From: Daphnia carinata
Lineage: Eukaryota
Reading direction: 5' to 3'
Assembly: GCF_022539665.2 (NCBI RefSeq)
Contig: NC_081333.1
Location: 2,542,001 to 2,606,000 of the forward strand
Length of the DNA: 64,000 bases
A model generated the notes under the pieces. It was not told where the DNA came from, did no database searches, and was given only the letters and a program-made list of their open reading frames with translations. A program made the position numbers and the translations under genes. Below, piece after piece: positions 1 through 10,799 of the stretch (position 1 is its first letter; each line of letters starts with the position of its first letter).

Positions 1-2127
1 GTGACGTAATCGATCTATACGAACAGGTGAGAAAGAATGTTACAAAACCAAAACACCCGATAGTTTTCAAATTGTCTCGATCGATTACAGTACGAATTCC
101 TGATTGAAGAGTTCAAACAGAGGCATAAGCAATTCGAAGCAAGCCAAATTGTAAATGACACTGTCACCGACCTTCGCAAAGACCTCCAATCGATGGAAGA
201 TGATAGAGAAGTTTTGATTCGTCGAATTGAACGTACTCAACGCAAAGTAAGACAACTTTAAAGTCAAAACTGCTCTTCCTTTTTCATCTTCTTTCATGCA
301 TCTAAGGTAGAGGGTGTGGTGAATTATAATCAGTTGCTTTCCGTGGCGAAGAAACTTCGGGCTGAGAAAGAAAAGAACCGTGAATTTCAAGCTCAGAAAG
401 AAGATCAAAAGAGTTACCTTGGTCATTTGGAATCGCGGCGCCAACGTTTAATTAATCAGTTGACTGAGATCCGTCAAACTAAAGCCAACACTAGTGGGCA
501 GATGCTGCTCCAGCGCGCCGAAGACGCAATTCGTGTTAATCAATACATGATTAACGAGAAACTGAACAAAGAAACCCAGTTGGTCACAGCAAACATTGCT
601 TTAATGGAAAAAGTACTAGCAGCACCCAATCCGACCTCTGCCGATCTTCAGATCGTCATACAAAAAGTGAACACCCTTAAATCACGCACTTGTTTCTTAG
701 TTATTTAATTCTATTTGTTTCTTCATTGTCCAGAGTGATGATTTCAGGAGCAAGATCGCTCATCTTACGGAGAAAAGAGCTTTACAGAATGATCCAATAG
801 AAGATGGTATGGCACTTTACAGACAGCAATCGCTTATAACTTCTAGGAAGAAGGAAGCTTGCGCTGAGAGATTGAATGATTTGACTCAAGAAATGAATAC
901 TTTAGAAGCCCAGCTACAGGTAAATGTTACGAATTAAACAGAAAAAAAAATGAGTCATAGATTACCGAAACATTTGAATGGAATAGGCAAAAAAGCAGCA
1001 ATTAGGTGGCCAGTCCGAGACGGCGCTGACTAGTGAGCAATTCAAAACTTATGTCAGTGACTTACGCGTTAAAAGTAACGTATACAAACAACGGCGTGCG
1101 GAGTTGAACGATCTGAAAGCAGAGTATGGCATCTTGAGTCGAACGCTGGAAATTCTTAGAGCGCAAGAGGCAGCACTGAGCGAGAATCTAGACAGGATCG
1201 AAACTCACCAAGGTGTCAAAGGATTCCGTGAAACTCGAGATCTTCTTGAGAGAATTTCTGATGAAAAGGCCAATACGGATGAAGAAAAAGGACGTACTTT
1301 AGAAGAGATGTCTAACCTGGTCCGCATTCTCAATTCCAAGATTAGCGAAAAGAAAGTCCTGCTCGCTCCCCTTCTCCGAGGTTTGTCCTTCAACTTTTTT
1401 TTTTAGAATACTTGAAATTCTATTTCCATATTGTAATGTTCACTCCAATAGAATTGCGTCCTTTGAGGCAAACTTACCAAGAATCTCTGCCCGAATACGA
1501 AGGTAAAAAAAGAGAATACGAAGCACAGGTTCAGCTTATCGAGAATACCATCACATCGATTGCAAACGTAAGAATCTTGTTTTCACCATTTTTCGCACTG
1601 TTGTTTTTGAAATCGAGGACAAGACTGTAGAATATTACGTTACGACAGGTGAAAAGCGAATTGGAAAACGAGATTGTCACGTTGGAAGAACGATGTCGTC
1701 AACTGGAAGCTGACATAAAAGATAATGAGGCATACTTGCAGAGGGCCACTGATGAGATGAAACTGTACGTCAGCGGCGTTCAGCAGCAACAAACCGAACG
1801 TGGTAAATCTGTTCGCGACCAGCTTCACCAAAAAATCATTGAACAGGAAAAATTGAATGCCCAACTACGTCAAGAACAGCGACAACTCAAAGACAACCTT
1901 CCGCAAATGGAAGAACAGATGAAATACTGGGAGAAACTTGAAAAGTAAATTCATGACTGAGCACAGATCACAATGGAAAACTTACTTTAGTGGCAGCTTA
2001 AGGATTAATTTCATGATTGTTATGTTGCAGGATATTCCGGGTTAAAATCCTTTGTCAGGAGAAACAGAAGTTACAAGAGGGAACAGTACGCCGTGAGCGA
2101 GGAAGGGAAACGTTAGTGCTGCAATGA
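1..2127 (+). CDS. IFT81: Intraflagellar transport protein 81, 3' part (5' end lies before the window). Exons approx. <1-26, 91-246, 307-666, 734-919, 987-1380, 1452-1567, 1649-1944, 2031-2127
   Basis: Spliced coiled-coil translation (YEFLIEEFKQRHKQ...DLRKDLQSMEDDREVLIRRIE; LYRQQSLITSRKKE; FKTYVSDLRVKSNVYK; EKGRTLEEMS; KKVLLAPLLRELRPLRQ; ends RETLVLQ*) matches recalled IFT81 motifs. GT-AG introns are phase-consistent. Confidence 0.88.
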
Positions 2128-2646
2128 TAAGTAATGCGTTTAGAAAATTCAAAACGTTACTGTTTGTGATGGATCATTTTTAAAAAAATCTAATCACGAT
2201 GGATCGTGAAATACAATTGGCTTCCGGGGATTTAAATGAGTCTTGTCTGTTTGAACAGGGCATGTCTTCAACGATCAAAGCACCTTGTAGAATGCATTTG
2301 AAGTTCTTTTCTAGAGACTTACCCATTGCTCAATCATGGATTTCACGTTCTCAACATTCTGACATTTGTAACGGAATTGCTGATAACATCACACATATCA
2401 ACGTCCCGCCGTCAGACCGTACCGTTTGCTGCGAGCGGACACACAGTCTACTAGGTTGCATACGTAAGCACAGTGGCAGAGACATTCCAGTATGTCATCA
2501 AAAGTATTTACAGTTGCATAAGCAAAACAGATTTGTCCGTTTCCTCTTCCAATATTCTACACCCATCATGGGACATAGAGTACTGAACGGTCCCTTGTTT
2601 TCCGTTTGGCCTCGTGATAAGCGATACAACCTCATTTACATTCACA

Positions 2647-2719
2647 GGTCATGTGGCCTAATGGATATGGCGTCGGACTTCTAATCCGAAAATTGCGGGT
2701 TCGAGTCCCGCCATGGTTA
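2647..2719 (+). tRNA. tRNA-Arg (anticodon TCT), possibly degenerate
   Basis: GGTCATG TG GCCT AATGGAT ATGGC G TCGGA CTTCTAA TCCGA AAATT GCGGG TTCGAGT CCCGC CATGGTT A: 73-nt cloverleaf with intact anticodon and T arms. The acceptor stem has three G-U pairs and the D stem has one mismatch. Confidence 0.8.
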
Positions 2720-3001
2720 GCACGTCTTCTACGACTACATCAGCTTATAGAACATTATCTTTCTTGTACATAATACAATGTTAATACGACAATGATAACT
2801 CTTGTGTTAGTTTGTCTATATCAGGAATTCCAAAACTCACACAAAGTAACTATGTAACATAAGGAGACATTGATGAAGGATTTCTTATTTGACTCGGTTA
2901 ACGCACCCACATAAGAAAAACACTTTAAAACCCAGAGAATACTTCTTAAGGTTTTGTGAATTGTTTCAAGAAAAATCGATACGTGCACACCTTTTAAGTA
3001 A

Positions 3002-3811
3002 CTACACCTTAAACAAGGGCTGGAATTTCTTGTCGTAACATAATGAAAAGGGAAACGGAGATGGGGTGCACCGTTGAACGAAGACTGTGTTTATAACAAT
3101 AACTTCGCGAGTGACAGTGATGGTTTGTTGGAAAATAACCGTGTTGGTTGGTACCTGTTGGACGATGCTAGTTGTCGTTTCCGTTACCGTCGTCGCGATG
3201 AATTGCGTGAGAATGGAAGTCAACCAGCGGCTAACGCCCCGTATGAAATCGAATGTCAAACCGCTGTGTCGTTGATATTCATGGTCATCAAGTTGAAGAG
3301 ACGAAGCGATGGTCGTAGAAGTAGAATCGTCCGTTTGGGGCTCATCAAACATCGTAGTCTCTGGTGCTGGAGTTGTCTCTACCCTATTGAAATGCGGGAA
3401 ATAAAAAGAACGTAATTTAGCCAAACAATAAAAGAATAATACGATTTTTACATACCCGAGAACTGATGAATACATGAGGTCGAACTTGTCGTCAAATTCT
3501 CCGTGGAAACTGAGGACTATTGGTTCTTCTACCCAAGCTCCCCTCCGTCTTAGACAAGGTCCAGTGACGTTCACTAACTTAGCGCATACAGTACTAATCG
3601 TGTCGGTCTGAGTAACAGTTGTTGAACTTGACAAAGTCACAGTCGGTACGGAAATTAGTGAACGATTGAAAAATATGCTTTTAGGATGGAAAATTCTGTT
3701 GTTCTGGCGAGACGCTCGAGTACTGCCTGAATGGGATCTTTTCGTTTCAATTAAAATATTCCGGTCTAGAATTAGGAACACTAACAATGACAACGCACTT
3801 GAAGATTTCAT
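3002..3811 (-). CDS. Uncharacterised predicted secreted Thr/Val-rich protein (about 245 aa). Two exons, 3811-3456 and 3383-3002
   Basis: ATG at 3811 opens MKSSSALSLLVFLIL (signal-peptide-like). Contains a TTTVTQTDTISTVCAKLVNVTGPCLRRRG motif and a C-terminal TVFVQRCTPSPFPFSLC. A GTATG...AATAG intron of 72 nt (3455-3384) is in frame. Confidence 0.6.
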   Translation of the reverse strand: MKSSSALSLLVFLILDRNILIETKRSHSGSTRASRQNNRIFHPKSIFFNRSLISVPTVTLSSSTTVTQTDTISTVCAKLVNVTGPCLRRRGAWVEEPIVLSFHGEFDDKFDLMYSSVLGYVKIVLFFYCLAKLRSFYFPHFNRVETTPAPETTMFDEPQTDDSTSTTIASSLQLDDHEYQRHSGLTFDFIRGVSRWLTSILTQFIATTVTETTTSIVQQVPTNTVIFQQTITVTREVIVINTVFVQRCTPSPFPFSLCYDKKFQPLFKV

Positions 3812-4178
3812 GATTTTTAATGCTAAATTCTTTATTCTAATGCGGAGGAGGTGATGTTTGCTGAAGGTTTGATGAAAGACTGTCCCACCTCCAACGTTTT
3901 TTTGATCGGTGAAAGCCTTTTGGTTCGATATCTCGGCATCAAGGTATTTAAAATTCGAATCGGCTATCTTCCTGGTGCTTGAATACATACATTTAACATG
4001 GTAAACGGCTAGGGACCTTACTGGACTGCTATACCTAACGTAGCGTATCGTTTAAACGTTATCGTCCATACTTCACTTCCTTGTACGAGGCATGTAGCGT
4101 GACTGAATCATAACGGACGTGACATATGTCGTACTTGAAAAAAATCGCTATTTTCCAGCACTTCATGTCCTTTGCTCG

Positions 4179-7100
4179 TCAGAAGTGAGGAAGCATGGGC
4201 AAATTGACTATCTTGACGAGTGTCAAATCAAAATCAACGTGATCTGGAATCGGGCCGAAAAGGACGGCAAAGCTAAAGAGAATATCGGCAGACCATTCGG
4301 ATGGAATTTTCGGATAGAAAAATAATTGAGTGAATTGGGGAATTAGACCCATCAGCTGAAGAAGATAGCGGAAGCGTTCGGAACGCAAGCCAAAAGCTTC
4401 CAGTTCTGTCCACGGAACAATCGGCGATGACATTTTCATTGCCACGCATGAACAACAAACAGCGTAACGAAACTCTTGGCCCGCGTAGATACCTAAACGA
4501 GCTGCACAAGCTGTAAGTAAAGATGACTGGATCCAACTGAGTTGTTTGTTGAATCCTGTTTTGACAGAATGAGATAATTTTACGGTTCATTCCAAACAAA
4601 ATTGTTCGGACTTACCGGCACTAGTTAGCTCGAAAATTAGCGATTTAATGTCTCCATACGTTTCGGTCAAAGGATCGTGATCGCTAGCGATTTCTTCGGC
4701 CAAGGTATCCAACGGTAGCTGATCGGATTCCATTACATGGAAGCTTTCTTTGTCCGGTGATTTGCTTGTAGGTGGGCAAACCTTTTCCCAGTCGTTAAAC
4801 AGATCTTCTGTGAACTTCCGTACCAGACGTTCGATTAGGTCATGCCAGTCGTCACAAATCTAAATAGCAACAATGGTTATTAATTAATCACGAACTACGA
4901 AGTAAGAATTTAAAAAAAAATCGTACTTCAAAGTCTTCTTCCCATATTTTGGAGAGTGGACGTAGGATAATCGGTTGGCATAAAAGATCAAGCCGACCTA
5001 ATTCACAACCGACGCGACGTAACATAGTGAAGATGGACTCGTTCACGAGATAATCATTTGTTCTAAATTCCTCGAGGGCCGATCCGTATCGAGCCACTAT
5101 AGTCTTTGTGCAAAACTGATTCATATGATGATTTAAATCAAAACTCGCACTGTATTCCGGCTGCCGAACGGCCCGTTCAAGCGTCAAAAGCAGGACGTGG
5201 TTAGCGCAGATTATGTCAAACAGGCATTGATCACTTTGAATCTCCTTACTGAAATGATGTAACAGTAGCAAAAAGAGTTGTCGGAGCTCGTCCATAGCCA
5301 AAAGCTTTTGGAGTAGTTGAAAAGGCCACTCTTCGCCGCACTGAGAAAAATTGTTCTTGCCTCCACCTGATTCTTGTATCTGTGAATATTTCTCGAGGGC
5401 CTGAAGATATTCAAATACAGCTCTTACACCCAAATGTAAACGTCGTATACTTGGTTTAGAGTCAGTATCAGCATTTATGGAATTTAGTTGGACGTTTTCC
5501 GTCTCTTGAACAACTACCCAAACCAAATAGCACATAAGATCCGTGGTTAACACGTCCTTCAAAAAGTTCGGTTTCTGTCCCAATTGGAACGTGAAGGGCA
5601 AAAAATTGACAAGAAGCCAAAGCAAATGGGACATATCTATAAGGTGATTGTCCTTTTTCTTTAATTGCTGAGGCAGCTGTTTCAGAATTATGCAAAAGCC
5701 TATCGGAAAAACAAAAGAATTCCACATAATTGAGATTGAACTGGATGTCAATGTCTATAAGAATTTGATTCAAAATTACCATTCTGCATGAAATCGATGG
5801 TGAATTTAGCCAAAACGTGAGATATGGCACGTTCATTAGACAAATGTTTCTTCAAAGAATTGCGCAAGTTTCGAATATTAGTCTTCCATCGCTGTTCGTT
5901 TGTCATTTTTTGTTGATCATCTGTATAACAATTTTGAAACTTGTAACTACCAGTGACAGCAGTGTATCATAGATACACGGGAACCTTTCGCCTGAACAAA
6001 TAGGATTGTAAATCAACCACAAAGGCTACTTTGCTTTTTTTTAAAGGAGGAAGCAAATCTTCCGCTCAACTTTCAACGCCACAATGGATAGTGGGATATT
6101 CATTCCGCTACTTAAAAGAAACAAGCCGATTTGTTCAAGCGGAAGCTTTACGACATCTAAGCAAATCCTACCAGAATTTGTTGAATTAGACCATGGAATA
6201 TTCTTTCCGTCATTGTCGAATGAAACAACGGCATTTGATTCCCTCATTTTTCGTAGATGAGCCTCGATGTCTTCAACTCGCCTATTTCTGTAAATGGCAG
6301 CGATTACTTGGATGATTGTCACAACCCACTCGTCCTGCGATCAAATTCATAATAGTTAACCATTGGAAGGAAAAAAGCAAATGCAATTTACCTTCTCTGG
6401 ATAGGCCAAGCTAGCCATCATATCCATTAGTAGGTTGTCAAACCCTTGTGCGAAAAGGTTAAGCACGATTTCGTTTTGCTGCAAACGTTGATCAATCTCG
6501 TAGCTATGGCTTTGCGAGTACGACGGCATTTGAGGATCAAACTCGACAGAACGCTCCGTGGCTTCAAGTATGTTACGAATGAGTAACAAGGAAACATTTA
6601 GGAATTCAATTTTGTTAGACGATAAAGGTTGCTGGAATATAAAAAAAGAAATCATTAAACATACAAACAATAAACTGTATCTCACAAGTGTAAGAATACT
6701 TTAGAAAAAATGTTTTTGACGTGATCAATAATAGATCGAGTGGCACTACCATCGCGGAAGGCTTCTTTGGCGTTGTAAAGAAGCTGCTGCAATTCTTTGA
6801 TAACATTTGACGAGTTCGATCTCTGACTGGTTGTTCTATCATAAACAAGGCATTCTATGGGCGTGGTAATCCTAACCAACAATCTAAAAACGTGTAGAAA
6901 AACTCTAATCTGATGAACTTAAACAGGTATAGTGTAAAGGAATGCTCAAAACCCCAAAGGAAACTAATGCAAATAACGCAACGATTCCGCAGCTTACGTA
7001 CCTCACTGCCGATCGGAACACTTTAGGCCAACTCCTGCAACAACTTATCAGGATAGGTTTTAGGTCCTATAATTAAAAAGCCCACGAACTTAACCAAAAG

Positions 7101-7521
7101 TCATAAGCACTATCCTCAGCAATCAAAGTGGAAATTTCATAGTACCTTATTCAAAATATCGATGTAACCAAGACCTCGCCGGCGTGAGTAAGTATTTGGA
7201 TCATCGCAGTCTAACTGTCTAACAAGATCTTCGAGGCAAACTGGAATTCGAATGAAAATTTACGTTATCTGATCTTGACGTTCCAATTAGACACTGACAT
7301 AGAAATTTAAACCGCTTAATAACTGAACATTTTGGTTTTACATGGTAATTTTTAAGACATTACATAAAAATCGGGAATGATAATTCTGATTAAAAGTTAG
7401 TATCTTTCAAAAGTAATTTACACAAGCACTGGTCGCTGATGTAATATTGGTTGTTGTAATATGTCCCCAATGGCAGAAGCATCAGGGAAGGCGCACCCCC
7501 GCATGAATAGAGCCAATCCAT
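4179..7521 (-). CDS. tim: Timeless (insect-type TIM1-like) paralog, 793 aa. Exons 7521-7422, 7240-7146, 7066-7002, 6883-6700, 6631-6392, 6334-6172, 5920-5780, 5699-4927, 4859-4616, 4555-4179
   Basis: Motifs recognisable from arthropod TIM: MDWL..., [152 protein letters not shown], YPKIP. The ten exons sum to 2382 nt with consistent phases and no internal stop. Confidence 0.85.
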
Positions 7522-8132
7522 ATTCGAACTAATCACACGAAATCGAAATTTACATTGCCAAGAAATTCCTAACTGAAAAATTTACAGCAACTCGTGCACA
7601 GTTGAAGTGATGCAAGACAATGAACAAATTTTCGTACGTTAAATAAAACTCAAAGTAAAATGACTGAGAAAGGCTGTTACTAGCAGCCTGTTTGTATGAT
7701 TCTGTTTGCTGCTTGCTAAGAACAGTGAGTACACAGCGTTGGCTGTGTCACACTTTTATACCCGCCTATAAAATTACGTGGAAGGTGCACAAAGACTTCT
7801 CTTGATCTGTTTTCTTAAATTTTACTATTAGATTTCATGTCCCGCTGTCGTCATACGTGCATCCTTGTCTCGGCCATTAAGAACGTTCGACTACTGCTAC
7901 GCAAAAGTCAATCGTTACCCGATTTCCTAAAGATTGTCATTGAATTTCACGTTTCGTGTCTTCTTTTTTCTTTAGCATTATATTCTTCAAGACACATCCC
8001 ATGTTCTGATGTTTTTTTTACGAATGCCTCCTCAAAGCCATTGACAAGATTTATTTATTTTTCGATATCCGCTCCAGACGGCCAATTCGACGTAATTAAG
8101 GATGCATATCGCCCAACTCGCTCACTGACAAG

Positions 8133-8255
8133 ATGGCGCTAACTGCATTTGACCAACAAACTGCTAGACGGGGAAATTTGTTGTCAGACATAAGGCTAGT
8201 TTGAGAAAAATGGATACAGAACAGACAATTACATCTTCCGGATCCGGATGTTTCG
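8133..8255 (+). mobile_element. Possible degenerate piggyBac-like transposase fragment
   Basis: Frame reads MALTAFDQQTARRGNLLSDIRLV*EKWIQNRQLHLPDPDV. This resembles the recalled piggyBac/PGBD segment RFDD..R...DKLAAIREVWDKWVERLPYLYNPGPEV, with the stop (TGA 8202-8204) where Trp (TGG) is expected. Short, by-eye similarity only. Confidence 0.3.
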
Positions 8256-8852
8256 TGTCTGCACAGCTCTGCTCCTGCACATGAAAAGCTACGTGCTTGC
8301 AATCCGAGGACATCAATCGAAGGTGCCATTCACTACATCAAGGACGACTTTATATTGAGCCAAAATCTTTCTAAAATAGAATTGCTCGAAACGATGCAGA
8401 TCAAATTAGTGCGCTCATCTCAGAAATCGGCAATATGATAAATAATTCGCAACCGGAATACCAGATATCAATGTCAGTAGGCTATTCCTATCAAGGATGT
8501 AATCATCAATCGCAGAATCCAAACTGAAAAAATAATTTTAATCAAACTAAAACTGGCCGAACATCGAATGTGTTATGCATGACCGTATTAGAAAGAATGT
8601 CGACAGCAGAGAAACCAGTTATTCCGGATTGGACACCTTGGCTTCTGATTGGCTACCGTAAAAACAACTTGAACAACAATTGTCGGAAAGGGATATCGAG
8701 CGAGGTTAGCAAAACACTTGAAGGTGTCTGTTAGAGTTTTCTATTTTTCTCTTTTGAAGAAAGCAAAAAAACTTTCTACAAAGAAAGGACGGACTCCAAC
8801 AACAAGATATACTCTCACCCATTGGGCTTTCATTCGTTGGCGAGTGGTCGCC

Positions 8853-10248
8853 ATGGATAACAGACATCTCAACTTGACCCTCTTCAACGGCCAACACATC
8901 CCTGTCATAGGATTAGGAACTTGGCAGGTAAAAATCTCAAATGATTTTCAAAAATCTATTTCACGTTGTCGCTTAATTAAAGACATTTTGACTTCATTCA
9001 AAAGTGTACGGCAGATGAAGTCAAGGAAGCTGTCAACGCTGCTCTTGAAACGGGTTACCGGCACATTGATACTGCGTACTTGTATCAAAACGAAGCGGCA
9101 ATTGGTCAAGTTATTCACGAATGGATTAACAGCGGGAAGCTTAAGCGTCAAGAGCTATTCATAACAACTAAAGTAAGACGATTGCGCATAAAATGAAACG
9201 ACATTTTGAATACGTGCGGTTTGTGTTTTGCAGCTGCCATTTACGGGGAACAAGCCGGAAAAAGTGGAACATTTTCTCAAACTTTCCCTCGAAAACCTGA
9301 AATTGGATTACGTCGATCTCTACCTGATCCAATTCCCTATTGGCTTTTGTGGAGAAGATGACCGCGATCTCTTCCCGACAGATGCAAATGGAAAATTGCT
9401 CTTGGACTTTGATTCCAACACCCTCACCCTTTGGAAAGTAAATTTTAAAAAAATGTCATAATATTTTTAAATAATTTAAAATACGACGACTTCCTCTTAA
9501 ACACAGGCTATGGAATCTCAAGTAGACGCTGGCCGTGCAAAAGCCATTGGCTTGTCTAATTTCAACAGCCATCAAATCGAAAGGATTGTGCAAACGTCGC
9601 GGATCAAACCGGCCAATTTGCAAGTGGAAATGCACGCATATTTCCAGCAAAAGCGATTGAGAACGTATTGCAAAAAACACGGCATCATCGTTTGCGCGTA
9701 CGGACCACTCGGATCCAAAGGCAGAATTGATTTCAGTGCTCGATGCGGAGTGCCGTAAGTGATTGATCGCATTTTTTTTTTCCAGCCTCCATTGTACGAT
9801 ACAAAACGTTTTTACCTAATTGAAAGGAAGCCTCAAGTCGCAGATGTGCTGGATGATCCAATGGTGGCGGAAATTGCCAACGCCCACTCGAAAACATCCG
9901 CCCAAGTGCTACTCAGACACTTGATACAACTCAATGTCGTCGTCATCCCCAAAAGCGTTACACAGTCGAGAATACGCGAAAATTACGATGTTGGTTACCA
10001 TCCCATTATTTTACGTGTTGCACCTGTTACACATTCTTTTTTTTTTTCAACAGGTTTTCGATTTCGTTTTAACGGAAAACGAAATGGAGAAACTCAGCCA
10101 GTTGGACAAAAACAATCGCACTTTTATTTTTGACGAATTCGACGGGTAAAAATTTATTACCTGGCTTTATAAAAAAGAAAATTTACTGATGCCATTCAAT
10201 TACAGGGTGCCAGATCATCCGGAATACCCTTTCGTCATTCCGTATTAA
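8853..10248 (+). CDS. Aldo-keto reductase (AKR1-like), 330 aa. Exons 8853-8927, 9005-9172, 9234-9437, 9507-9754, 9827-9989, 10054-10145, 10206-10248
   Basis: [99 protein letters not shown]. The exons sum to 993 nt. Confidence 0.93.
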
Positions 10249-10799
10249 GTTATCCCTTTCGCTTTCCTGACGAGGAAAACTCAATTTCGATGGACAGAGC
10301 GCGGAATCAAGTAAATACAATCAGGCGATGCATTTATGGATCACCCTGCCACGCACGTGAATTACAGACATATTGCATCATGTTCAAACAATACATACTT
10401 ATTTTTCAAAATAAATATTGTCTACTGCGCAATTCGTGACCATTTCAAGTATCTACGACCGAGGATTTCTTTCTACCAATGCTACTGCACTTGACTCGTA
10501 AGGTGACGAGGTCTAGATCAAAGACCTTCATCAGTTTCTGTTGATGATGACAAAAGCACAAAATAACACGACTGATTTCCCGAGAAAAACTACGACTGAA
10601 TTAAAACATTTGAACCTAATAACCATGGTCGAACTTCAGCGATTCATTTGTATTTGATTTACATTCAATCGTAAATCCTAAAAAAAATGGCGTTTTTTGT
10701 CTTCGGACAAAAGACTTTTGCAGCTTTGATCAAAGGAAAAGCTGATATTTTTATCGGCAAACCGTATAACACGGATTCTTTAAAAAACAATGGCTTCAT

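Noticed and set aside
2199..2684. 161-aa plus-strand ORF downstream of IFT81
   Set aside because: No recognisable motif, it runs into the tRNA-Arg gene, and it likely overlaps the IFT81 3'UTR. Treated as a chance ORF.
8202..8204. In-frame TGA as a possible selenocysteine codon
   Set aside because: No redox-type context (CxxU or similar) and no SECIS-like hairpin identified. A TGG-to-TGA mutation in a decayed sequence is simpler.
7522..8852. Canonical CACGTG E-boxes expected upstream of a clock-controlled timeless
   Set aside because: I found none by eye (only TACGTG and CACGTT variants), so no regulatory feature is called. Absence over 1.3 kb is weak evidence either way.
9771..9785. Strong polypyrimidine/CAG acceptor inside AKR intron 4
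   Set aside because: It would make a 31-nt intron and lead to a stop within about 12 codons. The acceptor at 9826 restores the AKR frame.
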